From: an uncultured Bacilli bacterium
GTDB lineage: Bacteria > Bacillota_I > Bacilli_A > RF39 > UBA660
Length of the DNA: 50,161 bases
Assembly (NCBI GenBank): GCA_944332725.1
Contig: CALVKO010000003.1
Span: 1 to 50,161 of the forward strand
Direction of reading: 5' to 3'
Below are positions 39,575-48,808 of this stretch, piece after piece. Within the stretch, counting starts at the first letter, position 1. Each line of letters opens with the position of its first letter. Under the pieces are notes generated by a model. The model saw only the letters and a program-made list of their open reading frames with translations. It was not told the origin of the DNA and searched no databases. The translations under genes and the position numbers were made by a program.

Positions 39575-39609
39575 AATATCTAAAGTTATTTTGATAGAAA
39601 GGTAAAATT

Positions 39610-40005
39610 ATGAAAATATTATATTGTTTTGAAAATAATAAATATACAATTAAATTGTTAAATAGTAATGATGAAATGCAAATGAGTTTTGAAGGTATGG
39701 ATTTTTATTTTACAATGTTTAATTATCATAATAATAATCAATTTATTATAGATAAAGATAATGAATTGTATATTTATTTTGAACATTTATTTATAGATAT
39801 AAAAAAGAATGATAAACCATATGATAAAATGTTAAATGATAATCAATTTGTTTGGTTAAGTGAAAGTTATGGTGAATACAAAGACGCTAATAAATTAAGT
39901 ATAACTAGAACTGATGAAAGTTTTATCATTCAATTTTATAATAATTCAAATAAAATATTCGGAAATTCCAAAATTTGCCCTATATGTTTTTGCTATAATG
40001 TTTAA
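39610..40005 (+). CDS. Hypothetical protein, possibly frameshifted near its 3' end
   Basis: GAAAGG RBS; an overlapping +1 frame continues FAIMFNNIIIEKYGSKKIIK to a stop at 40051. Confidence 0.6.
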   Translation: MKILYCFENNKYTIKLLNSNDEMQMSFEGMDFYFTMFNYHNNNQFIIDKDNELYIYFEHLFIDIKKNDKPYDKMLNDNQFVWLSESYGEYKDANKLSITRTDESFIIQFYNNSNKIFGNSKICPICFCYNV

Positions 40006-40092
40006 CAATATTATTATTGAAAAATATGGTAGTAAAAAAATAATAAAATAAATGTTATTTTTAATTATTAATTGCATAAAATAATATAAGAA

Positions 40093-40121
40093 CTGACGTA
40101 CATTAAAAAGTACGTTATAAT
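40093..40121 (+). promoter_or_regulatory. Toxin-antitoxin promoter with operator palindrome
   Basis: CTGACG-17 bp-TATAAT overlapped by ACGTAC-8 bp-GTACGT, similar to the GTAC-core operators of yefM-yoeB/axe-txe. Confidence 0.7.
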
Positions 40122-40139
40122 GTATGTGAGGTGATTAAT

Positions 40140-40394
40140 GTGAATACAATTAACATTACAAATGCAAGACAAAATCTGTTTCAATTAGTATCTGATGTAA
40201 ACAAAGGATTTAATCCTATTAATATTATTAATAATAAAGGAGAAAATGCTGTTTTATTATCTGAAAGTGACTGGAGAGATATAGAAGAAACAATTTATCT
40301 AAATTCTATACCAGGTTTTGTTGATACAATAGAAGATGCTCGTAAAGAAGATAAAACTAAATGTAGTATCTATAATAAGGGTGAAGAATGGTAG
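40140..40394 (+). CDS. yefM: Phd/YefM family antitoxin
   Basis: TNARQNLFQL, NAVLLSESDWRDIEETIYL; overlaps the toxin start. Confidence 0.9.
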   Translation: MNTINITNARQNLFQLVSDVNKGFNPINIINNKGENAVLLSESDWRDIEETIYLNSIPGFVDTIEDARKEDKTKCSIYNKGEEW

Positions 40395-40648
40395 AATATA
40401 AAATAATTTTTTCCAAATATGCAGATAAAGATAAAAAATTGTTAAAACAAGCAGGACTTGAGTATAAAGCGAAAGAACTACTTGATTTAATTTCGATAAA
40501 TCCGTATCAAACACCGCCTAATTATGAAAAATTAAAAGGTAATTTGACAGGGTGTTGTTCTAGAAGAATAAGTTATCAACATCGTTTGTTTTATGAAGTT
40601 GATGAAATAAAAAAAGAAATATTTGTATTAAGAATGTATACTTATTAA
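40388..40648 (+). CDS. yoeB: Txe/YoeB family toxin with altered C-terminus
   Basis: NPYQTPP.YEKLKGNL.G..SRRI..QHRL.Y; ends MYTY rather than the usual MWTHYE. Confidence 0.88.
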   Translation: MVEYKIIFSKYADKDKKLLKQAGLEYKAKELLDLISINPYQTPPNYEKLKGNLTGCCSRRISYQHRLFYEVDEIKKEIFVLRMYTY

Positions 40649-40671
40649 ATTATAATTAAGGAGTTTTTTAT

Positions 40672-40908
40672 ATGAAAGATAAAGAATATGTAAGAGTAAT
40701 GATTGGTAGCGGTGATAATGCTCAATTTATAACAGTAAAAAAAGGAACTAAAGTAATGCTATTTGATGGAACTATTATAAGGGCAGGAGTAACTTGTGAA
40801 GAATTTAGACAAGAAATGGATAAAAAAATTGATAAATTTATTAAACAAGAAGATAAGCGTGAAAAATTAGAAAAAGTTAAAACTAAAGTATTAAGTTTAT
40901 TTAAATAG
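40672..40908 (+). CDS. Small hypothetical protein
   Basis: AAGGAG RBS, 78 aa, no motif recognised. Confidence 0.65.
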   Translation: MKDKEYVRVMIGSGDNAQFITVKKGTKVMLFDGTIIRAGVTCEEFRQEMDKKIDKFIKQEDKREKLEKVKTKVLSLFK

Positions 40909-40940
40909 TATAATATATACTATTTTTTAATATTTAGTAC

Positions 40941-40969
40941 TTGACAATACAAGATAGTTAATATATAAT
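40941..40969 (+). promoter_or_regulatory. Consensus sigma-A promoter for the padR operon
   Basis: TTGACA-17 bp-TATAAT. Confidence 0.8.
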
Positions 40970-40986
40970 TATTTTAGAGGTGAGAT

Positions 40987-41310
40987 ATGAACACACAATT
41001 TAAAAAAGGAGTTTTAGAGTTAATTGTTTTATTAGCTGTAAATAAAAAAGATCGTTATGGATATGAACTGGTTATGGAAGTTTCAAAAGTAGTTGATGTT
41101 AATGACGGAACAATTTATCCTTTATTAAAAAGATTAACTAATGAAAGATATTTTGAAACATATTTAGTTGATTCTACTGAAGGACCGGCAAGAAAGTATT
41201 ATAAAATAACAGTTTTAGGTAAGCAGAGATTAGAAATTTTAAGAGATAACTGGAAGATATTTGCTAATAGTGTTAATAAATTTATAAAGGAGAGTATGAA
41301 AAATGAATAA
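40987..41310 (+). CDS. PadR family transcriptional regulator
   Basis: QFKKGVLEL, YGYEL, GTIYPLLKRL and GPARKYY.IT motifs. Confidence 0.95.
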   Translation: MNTQFKKGVLELIVLLAVNKKDRYGYELVMEVSKVVDVNDGTIYPLLKRLTNERYFETYLVDSTEGPARKYYKITVLGKQRLEILRDNWKIFANSVNKFIKESMKNE

Positions 41311-42586
41311 AAATAGTTTTATTAGTAAATTAAAGAAAAATTTAAAAATATTAGATGAAAATGAAGTTAAAGATATTATTGATGAATATAGTGAAATAAT
41401 TGATGAAAAAATAAAAGATGGTAAAACTGAGGAAGAGGCTATTAATGATTTTGGTAATATTGATGAATTGTGTAAAGAAATATTAAAAGCATATAAAATA
41501 AATCCTAAATATACTAATGAAGAATCAAAATTTGATTTTAATGATTTTATTAAAGATAGTGCAAATAAATTATCTAATTTTACGCAAAGTATTATTAATG
41601 AATTTAAAAAACAAGATAATATATCATTAGAATATATATTTGAAATTTTAATTAAAGCGGTAGTTTTATTATTTATTTTAGCAATTATAAGTATACCATT
41701 TTTAGTTATTTATGCTTTAGGTCATAATATATTAGATATTATATTTTTCCCTTTAGATATTATTTTAACTATTTTATGGGGGATGTTGATTTGGCTTTTA
41801 TATTTTGTAGTATGTGTATTAATAAGTATTAAATGGTTTAAAAATAATAAAGTTGAAGTAAAAAAAGAGGTAAAAAAAAAGAAAAAAGTAGAAGTTAAAG
41901 AATTAAAAGAAGAAACTGTAAAAAAAGAAGATATAACAAATATTTTAAAAGAAATTGCCAAAATTTTTATATTTATTTTTATAATTTTACCTTTAATTTT
42001 TGTTAATTTAGGTATTGCTATAGCTATTTGTTTTACAATTTATTATTTAATAATTGGTATTGATTTATTTGGCGTTTTATTTATTTTACTTAGTTTATTA
42101 GTTTTCTTTGGTTATATTTCTAATCAATTATCTAATTTATTTAGTAAAAAAATATCTTTTAAATTTTATCCATTTTTAATATCTATTATTTTATTTGCTA
42201 TAGGTACAATTTTATCATTTAATACTTACAAAAATATTCAATATATTAAGTATAATAATGATGATGTATTAAAATACAATTATACTATAGAAAATAATAC
42301 AGATTTATATTTAGATGGTGATTACGAAACTATTATTGATAATGATTTAGATGATAATGAAATCATAATTGAAGTATTTTATAATGAAAATTTTGTTAAT
42401 GTAAATGAAAACAAATCTAATAATAAAATAATTTTAAGTTCTCAAAATAAAGGTTTTATTGATTGGTATAATGACTGTATTGAAAATTTAAAAGAAAACA
42501 AAATAGCCAATTATGATGAAGTATTTGATTTACAATTTAAAGTATATGGCAATAGACATACTATTGACGATATTGATATTAAATAA
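41303..42586 (+). CDS. DUF1700/HAAS-domain membrane protein
   Basis: N-terminal F..KL...L..L...E..DII.EY...G.TEEEAI..FG; multiple TM helices; typical PadR partner. Confidence 0.8.
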   Translation: MNKNSFISKLKKNLKILDENEVKDIIDEYSEIIDEKIKDGKTEEEAINDFGNIDELCKEILKAYKINPKYTNEESKFDFNDFIKDSANKLSNFTQSIINEFKKQDNISLEYIFEILIKAVVLLFILAIISIPFLVIYALGHNILDIIFFPLDIILTILWGMLIWLLYFVVCVLISIKWFKNNKVEVKKEVKKKKKVEVKELKEETVKKEDITNILKEIAKIFIFIFIILPLIFVNLGIAIAICFTIYYLIIGIDLFGVLFILLSLLVFFGYISNQLSNLFSKKISFKFYPFLISIILFAIGTILSFNTYKNIQYIKYNNDDVLKYNYTIENNTDLYLDGDYETIIDNDLDDNEIIIEVFYNENFVNVNENKSNNKIILSSQNKGFIDWYNDCIENLKENKIANYDEVFDLQFKVYGNRHTIDDIDIK

Positions 42587-42645
42587 AAAGACATTAAAAA
42601 TTTATGTCTTTTTTTAAATATTAATGTGATATAATTAATATAGTT

Positions 42646-42721
42646 GCTGGAATAGCTTAGTTGGTAGAGCAACGCATTCGTAACGCGTAGGTCGTAGGTT
42701 CGAGTCCTATTTCCAGCACCA
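42646..42721 (+). tRNA. tRNA-Thr(CGT)
   Basis: 76-nt cloverleaf, anticodon CGT, encoded CCA. Confidence 0.95.
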
Positions 42722-42735
42722 TTTAATTAAGGAGT

Positions 42736-43785
42736 ATGTTTATGAAATTAAGATGGGGTAGAATTATATCTGTATTTTTAGTATTTGTTTTATTAATTAG
42801 TGTCGGAGTATATTTTATATTTTTTAATAAAGATGAAAAATTAGAACAAGAAGAAAAAACTGAAGAACCAGCACCGATAGTTGAAAAAAAATTACAAATT
42901 TTAGATTTAGAATCTGATACTAGGCCAATAGCAGTTATGATTAATAATCACAAAACAGCCCAACCTTATCAAACCGGTTTAAATGACGCTTATTTAGTTT
43001 ATGAAATAGTTGTCGAAGGTGGTATTACGCGTATGATGGCTGTATTTAAGGATAAAGATACTGCAACTATTGGAACTGTAAGAAGTTCAAGACATTATTT
43101 TTTAGATTATGCTCAAGAAAATGATGCAATATATACACATTTTGGTTGGAGTCCACAAGCAGAATCAGATATTAATAATTTAAATATTGATAATGTTAAT
43201 GGTATGGTAGATAGTGGATTTTGGCGTGATGAAGAATTAAAAGCAAACGGTGTTCCAACAGAACATACTGCTTATATTAATATTGAAAATATTTTAAAAG
43301 TAGCAAATAAAAGAGGTTATGAAACTACAACAACATCAAAACCTTTACTAAATTATAGTATTGATGAAATTGATTTATCAACTATGGAAGGCGCTATTAA
43401 AGCAGATAGTGTTTATATTAAATATTCTGATTATCAAGAAAATACTTTTAAATATGATGCTGTTAATAAAGTTTATAATAAATATAGCGGTGATACATTA
43501 CGTAAAGACTATGTCACTGGAGAACCATTTGCTGCTAAAAATATTATAACTTATCAAGTAAATAATTATAGTATGGATAGTTATGGACGACAAGAAATAG
43601 ATAATATAGGTAGTGGCAAAGGATATTTTATATCTAATGGTTATGCAGTTCCTATTACTTGGGAGAAAAAGAGTCCTGCAAGTCAAACTGTATATAAATT
43701 GTTAAATGGGGAAGAATTAACTGTCAATGATGGAATTACGTATATACAAATACAACCTAAAAATAAAACTTTAGAAATTGAATAA
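42736..43785 (+). CDS. DUF3048 (YerB-like) membrane-anchored protein
   Basis: RPIAVMINN, Q.GL..A..VYE..VEGGITR and IGTVRSSR motifs. Confidence 0.88.
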   Translation: MFMKLRWGRIISVFLVFVLLISVGVYFIFFNKDEKLEQEEKTEEPAPIVEKKLQILDLESDTRPIAVMINNHKTAQPYQTGLNDAYLVYEIVVEGGITRMMAVFKDKDTATIGTVRSSRHYFLDYAQENDAIYTHFGWSPQAESDINNLNIDNVNGMVDSGFWRDEELKANGVPTEHTAYINIENILKVANKRGYETTTTSKPLLNYSIDEIDLSTMEGAIKADSVYIKYSDYQENTFKYDAVNKVYNKYSGDTLRKDYVTGEPFAAKNIITYQVNNYSMDSYGRQEIDNIGSGKGYFISNGYAVPITWEKKSPASQTVYKLLNGEELTVNDGITYIQIQPKNKTLEIE

Positions 43786-43852
43786 ATTTTAGACAAAAGT
43801 TATTCTTTTTTTTTACGAACTATGATATAATGTTATAGTTCGGGGTGAAATA

Positions 43853-44344
43853 ATGGAACTAGATAATGAGTACAAAAAGTTAGTTGAACATATACTAAAA
43901 AGTGAAGAATTTATAAATTTAAAAAAATGTGAGCATCATGGAATAACAAGATTTGATCATTCTTTGAAAGTTTCTTATCAAGCGTATAAGTTTGCTAAAA
44001 AACACAATATGGATTATAAATCAGTAGCAATTGGTGGATTATTACATGATTTTTTTGATAGTGAAAATGTTAGTTTAAAAGAAAAATTTATTTCTACATT
44101 TACGCATCCTTTGAAAGCAGAAATAAATGCATTGGAAAAATTTAATGTAAATTCTAAAGAATCAGATATTATAAGAAGTCATATGTTTCCACTAAATTTA
44201 GTTGTTCCTAAACATAAAGAGAGTTGGTTAGTTAGTTTATATGATAAAAAAGTTGCTTTATCTGAGTTTGGCATTAAATTTGGATATAAATTAAGATATG
44301 TTTCAAATTTATCAATTTTGTTATTGCTTAATTTTATTAAATAG
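43853..44344 (+). CDS. HD-domain phosphohydrolase
   Basis: HHG.TRFDHS..V, LLHDFF, HP and SHMFP motifs. Confidence 0.88.
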   Translation: MELDNEYKKLVEHILKSEEFINLKKCEHHGITRFDHSLKVSYQAYKFAKKHNMDYKSVAIGGLLHDFFDSENVSLKEKFISTFTHPLKAEINALEKFNVNSKESDIIRSHMFPLNLVVPKHKESWLVSLYDKKVALSEFGIKFGYKLRYVSNLSILLLLNFIK

Positions 44345-44403
44345 ATAGTTTTCTATCTTTTTTTGATTGTTTAATTATGAAAAATGTATTATAATATTGT
44401 TGT

Positions 44404-44480
44404 GTCCTCGTAGCTCAGTAGGATAGAGCGATAGCCTCCTAAGCTGTAGGTCGTTGGTTCGATTCCAATCGGGGACGCCA
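44404..44480 (+). tRNA. tRNA-Arg(CCT)
   Basis: 77-nt cloverleaf, anticodon CCT, encoded CCA. Confidence 0.95.
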
Positions 44481-44563
44481 TTTTTATTAATAAATAAAAT
44501 ATAATAGAAAGGATTTAAGTTGATAGTTTTAAATTTCTATTAATTTAAATATGTGTATTTTTT

Positions 44564-45013
44564 ATGTATAAAAAATTATTGCTATTTAGTGTAATATTTT
44601 TATTAATTGACCAAATATCAAAAGGATTAGTCAATTTATATATGAATGTAAATGAAAGTATAAAGTTATTTAATTTACTAAGTTTAACTTATGTTCATAA
44701 CACTGGAGCAGCATTTAGCATGTTAGAAGGAGCAAGATGGCTATTTATAATTTTAGGAATAATTGCTTTAAATGTAATTTTTATATTTTTTATAAAAGAT
44801 AAAAAATTAAATAATTTTGAAATAATAACCTATTCTTTATTATTAAGTGGAATATTGGGAAATTTAATTGATAGATTTTTATATGGATACGTAATAGATT
44901 TTATTGATGTTAACATATTAAATTTTGCCATATTTAATTTTGCTGATTCATTTATGGTTATAGGAGTTATATTATTAATGATTGGAATGATAAAATGCAA
45001 GAATACAAAGTAG
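44564..45013 (+). CDS. lspA: Lipoprotein signal peptidase II
   Basis: DQISK, NTGAAFS, GNLIDR, VIDF and FNFAD motifs. Confidence 0.95.
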   Translation: MYKKLLLFSVIFLLIDQISKGLVNLYMNVNESIKLFNLLSLTYVHNTGAAFSMLEGARWLFIILGIIALNVIFIFFIKDKKLNNFEIITYSLLLSGILGNLIDRFLYGYVIDFIDVNILNFAIFNFADSFMVIGVILLMIGMIKCKNTK

Positions 45014-45879
45014 AAAATGGTAATGAGAGAATAGATGTTTATTTATCAAAATTATTAGATGTAAGTAGAAGTAAAATAAATAAATTAAATATAAAAGTAA
45101 ATGGTAAAGAAGTAAAAAATAGTTATATAGTAAAAGAAAATGATATAATTGAAATACCAGAAATAGAAGAAGAACAGATTAATGCCGAACCAGAAAATAT
45201 GAATTTAGACATAGTTTATGAAGATGATGATGTAATAGTCGTTAATAAAGAAAATGGAATGGTAGTTCATCCTGCTATTGGTAATACTAAGCATACTTTA
45301 GTTAATGGGCTACTATATCATTCAAAAGAATTAAGTAAAAATAATGGTGAATTTAGACCAGGGATTGTTCATCGTATTGATGCTTACACAACGGGGCTAT
45401 TAATGATAGCCAAAAATGATAAAGCACATGATTTTTTAGCTAAACAGTTAAGTGAAAAAACTACTCATCGAAAATACATTGCTTTAGTGTGGGGAGTTAT
45501 TAACAATGATACAGGGACAATTGATGCACCAATTGGAAGAGATGCAAATGACAGAAAAAAAATGAGTGTAACGGCAAATGGAAAAGAAGCAATTACCCAT
45601 TTTAAAGTTTTAAAAAGATATAAAACTGCGACATTAATCGAATTGAAATTAGAGACAGGAAGAACACATCAAATAAGAGTTCATATGAATTATATAGGTC
45701 ATCCCGTAGTTAATGATCCAGTTTATGGTAAAAGAAAATTAATTGATAATACTGGACAATGTTTACACGCTAAAGAACTAGGATTTATTCATCCTAAAAC
45801 AAAAAAATATATGGAATTTAGTTGTGATTTACCAAAATGTTTTATTGACATATTAGATAAATTTGAGGAGGAATTATGA
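44995..45879 (+). CDS. rluD: RluA/RluD family 23S rRNA pseudouridine synthase
   Basis: S4-like N-terminus, RPGIVHRID, LETGRTHQIRVH; follows lspA. Confidence 0.9.
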   Translation: MQEYKVENGNERIDVYLSKLLDVSRSKINKLNIKVNGKEVKNSYIVKENDIIEIPEIEEEQINAEPENMNLDIVYEDDDVIVVNKENGMVVHPAIGNTKHTLVNGLLYHSKELSKNNGEFRPGIVHRIDAYTTGLLMIAKNDKAHDFLAKQLSEKTTHRKYIALVWGVINNDTGTIDAPIGRDANDRKKMSVTANGKEAITHFKVLKRYKTATLIELKLETGRTHQIRVHMNYIGHPVVNDPVYGKRKLIDNTGQCLHAKELGFIHPKTKKYMEFSCDLPKCFIDILDKFEEEL

Positions 45880-47027
45880 ATTTAGAAAAAAATGAAGAAG
45901 TAATTGTTAAATTGTTACATTATTTTATCACTGATAAAAATTATAATCCTGTAATACTACATGGAGCAAAAAACGAAATATGGTTAGAAAATTTGGAAAG
46001 TGATTATAAAATAATAAGGATAGTATCTAATTATATTCATAATGATGAACAATTAAATTTTGATGTATTAAGAACAAAACAAATAATGAAATCAATTAAG
46101 AAAAAGACTTTATCTTTAAAGATACCAACATTGAGTATTTTTGTAAATTTAGGTGATAATGTTCATTTGAATAATGAAAAAAAAGTTGACAATATTACTT
46201 GTTTAAAGGTTGAAAATTTAAATGATGTTGTTAAAAATAATGATATTTTAGAATATTTTCCTGACATAAATAAAACTTTAGATTATAAGGAAGAAGGAAT
46301 GACTTTATTTTTAAAATTGACTTCTGATATAAATAAAAAAACAGAAAATGATGCTAAAGAAGCAGAAAAAATATTTGGTCCTAAAAAACCAATTGTAACT
46401 TATACTTTAATTTTTATAAATATTATGGTATTTCTTGCTATGTATTTATTTGGTAATGGTAGTGAAGATAGTTTAACTTTATTAATGTTTGGCGCTAATC
46501 ATCGTGAATTAGTTTTAAATTATCACGAATTTTATCGCTTAATTACTTCTAGTTTTTTACACATTGGTATACTTCATTTATTATTTAATATGTATGCTTT
46601 ATATATAATTGGCGCTCAAATTGAAAATTTTTTTGGGAAAATAAAATATATTATAATTTATCTGGGAAGTGCTATTTTTGCTAGTCTATTATCGATTTGT
46701 TTCCATAATGGTATAAGTGCTGGGGCAAGTGGTGCTATATTTGGACTATTAGGCGCTATGTTATATTTTGGTTATCATTATAGATTATATTTAGGTAATG
46801 TTTTACAAAGTCAAATTATACCAATTATTATATTAAATTTATTTTTAGGTTTTATGACACCTGGAATTGATAATGCTGGCCATATTGGTGGATTGATTAG
46901 TGGTATATTCTTATCTATGGCTTGTGGCATTAATAAAGATAAAAAAGTAGAGCGAATAAATGGTTTTATTTTAACTATTATATTTACAATTTTTATATTA
47001 TTTTTAATAAAGAATATTAATTTTTAA
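45876..47027 (+). CDS. Rhomboid intramembrane serine protease (GluP/YqgP-like) with soluble N-terminal domain
   Basis: YRLITS.FLH, HLLFNM, GASG and GHIGG motifs. Confidence 0.9.
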   Translation: MNLEKNEEVIVKLLHYFITDKNYNPVILHGAKNEIWLENLESDYKIIRIVSNYIHNDEQLNFDVLRTKQIMKSIKKKTLSLKIPTLSIFVNLGDNVHLNNEKKVDNITCLKVENLNDVVKNNDILEYFPDINKTLDYKEEGMTLFLKLTSDINKKTENDAKEAEKIFGPKKPIVTYTLIFINIMVFLAMYLFGNGSEDSLTLLMFGANHRELVLNYHEFYRLITSSFLHIGILHLLFNMYALYIIGAQIENFFGKIKYIIIYLGSAIFASLLSICFHNGISAGASGAIFGLLGAMLYFGYHYRLYLGNVLQSQIIPIIILNLFLGFMTPGIDNAGHIGGLISGIFLSMACGINKDKKVERINGFILTIIFTIFILFLIKNINF

Positions 47028-47100
47028 GTTAATATTTTTTATTAAATTTGACAAATTTTTAAAAAAATTATATAACTATATAGTGAATTGGAGGAGTAGT

Positions 47101-48723
47101 ATGCAAACAACATATATATTTGGTCATAGAAAGCCCGATACAGATTCTATATGCGCTAGTATCAGTTTATCATATTTAAAAAATAAATTAGGCATGAAAA
47201 CTGAACCGATGAGTTTAGGGGAAATAAATAAGGAAACAAAATATGTACTAAATTATTTTAATTTAAAACAGCCAAAATATTTAAATGATGTAAAATTACA
47301 AATAAAAGATATTGAATATAAAAAAAATTGTTATTTAAATGGTAAAGAGTCAATTATTACTGGATTTAATTATATGAATCATAATGATTTAACGGGTTTA
47401 CCAATAGTAGATGATAATAAAAAATTAGTTGGATTAGTTACTCAAAAAGAATTAGCCAAAGAATTAATTCAAGGTGATTTTACTCATTTAAAGACTTCTT
47501 ATCAAAATATTTTAAATACTTTAAATGGTGAAGAGATTTTAAAATTTGATGATGAAATAGAAGGAAATATAATGGCTGTGGCTTTTAGAAGTACAACTTT
47601 TATTCAAAATATTAAAATTACTGCTGACGATATATTGATTATAGGAGATAGAAATAATATTTTAGAATATGTAATTACTTCAAAGGCTAAATTAATTATC
47701 TTAGTTGGTAATGGCGAATTATCAAGTCATAATTATGAACTCGCTAAAATAAATAAGGTAAATATTATAAAAACTAGTTATGATACATTTAATACTACAA
47801 AATTAATTAATTTATCTAATTATATTGAAAATGTAGCTTTTAGTTCACCAACAACTATTCAAGATACTGATTATTATACTTCATTTAAAGAATTAAGTGA
47901 AAAAACTAAACATACTAATTATCCGGTAATTAATAAAAAAGGTGATTGTTTAGGATTATTTCCAATAACTCTTTCTAGTTTAAAAAAGCCAAAGAAAGTT
48001 ATATTAGTTGATCATAATGAAAAAGAACAAAGTGTAGATGGTTTGGAGGAAGCATCAATTGTTGAGATAGTGGATCATCATAAATTGGGTACTTTAGCCA
48101 CCACTTTACCTATTAATTTTAGAAATATGGCTGTTGGTAGTTCTAATACAATAATATATAATTTATATAAAGAAAACAAAGTAGTTATTCCTCAAAATAT
48201 GGCAGGTGCTATGTTATCAGGAATACTATCTGATACATTATTATTAAAGTCACCAACAACTACAAGTTTAGATAAAGAAGCAGTTATGGAACTTGAAAAA
48301 ATAGCAGATGTTAATTATCAAACATATGGGTTTGATATGTTTAAAGCAGGTTCTTCTTTAGAAGGTATGACAAAAGAAAATATTATATTTCAAGACTTTA
48401 AAAAATTCAATTATGACAATCAAAATATTGGTGTTGGTCAAGTGTTTACAACAGATGTAGATTATATTTTAAATGAAAAAGAACAATATATCGATATATT
48501 AAATAATATTTGTAATGAACAAGAATATAATATTGTTACATTATTTATTACTGATATTATCAATAATGGTTCTTATATTTTATATAATGATAATGCTCAT
48601 GATATAATTCAAGAAAGTTATAAATTAGATAGATTAAAACAAGGACACTATTTAAAAAATGTTGTATCAAGAAAAAAACAAATGATACCACCGATACTAG
48701 AAACATTAGAAAAACATTCTTAA
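47101..48723 (+). CDS. ppaC: Family II Mn-dependent inorganic pyrophosphatase with CBS-DRTGG insert
   Basis: GHRKPDTDS, CBS/DRTGG region, DHNE, DHH and SRKKQ motifs. Confidence 0.92.
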   Translation: MQTTYIFGHRKPDTDSICASISLSYLKNKLGMKTEPMSLGEINKETKYVLNYFNLKQPKYLNDVKLQIKDIEYKKNCYLNGKESIITGFNYMNHNDLTGLPIVDDNKKLVGLVTQKELAKELIQGDFTHLKTSYQNILNTLNGEEILKFDDEIEGNIMAVAFRSTTFIQNIKITADDILIIGDRNNILEYVITSKAKLIILVGNGELSSHNYELAKINKVNIIKTSYDTFNTTKLINLSNYIENVAFSSPTTIQDTDYYTSFKELSEKTKHTNYPVINKKGDCLGLFPITLSSLKKPKKVILVDHNEKEQSVDGLEEASIVEIVDHHKLGTLATTLPINFRNMAVGSSNTIIYNLYKENKVVIPQNMAGAMLSGILSDTLLLKSPTTTSLDKEAVMELEKIADVNYQTYGFDMFKAGSSLEGMTKENIIFQDFKKFNYDNQNIGVGQVFTTDVDYILNEKEQYIDILNNICNEQEYNIVTLFITDIINNGSYILYNDNAHDIIQESYKLDRLKQGHYLKNVVSRKKQMIPPILETLEKHS

Positions 48724-48808
48724 AAAAGTTATTAAATATAACTTTTTTTTGACATTTTCTTTAGTTCTAAAGTAATATAATAGTTAATATATTAAAGTGG
48801 GTGATAAA

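Noticed and set aside
38570-41000. Prophage or ICE with an attR copy of the tRNA-Leu 3' end
   Set aside because: No repeat of TTCGAGTCCCTTTCTGTGCACCA found by eye, and no integrase, phage or conjugation genes.
2114-43686. Short ORF-track entries lying antisense to or inside real genes (e.g. 2114-2299, 3449-3781, 8113-8370, 11452-11757, 13846-14088, 21412-21618, 23184-23540, 41722-41961, 43361-43549)
   Set aside because: They overlap well-supported genes, lack an RBS or recognisable motifs, and look like shadow frames.
44500-44545. Hairpin after tRNA-Arg with GAAAGGA and a 7-codon TTG micro-ORF (MIVLNFY)
   Set aside because: Adequately explained as an AT-rich terminator-like stem (TAATAGAAA/TTTCTATTA); the micro-ORF is too short to support.
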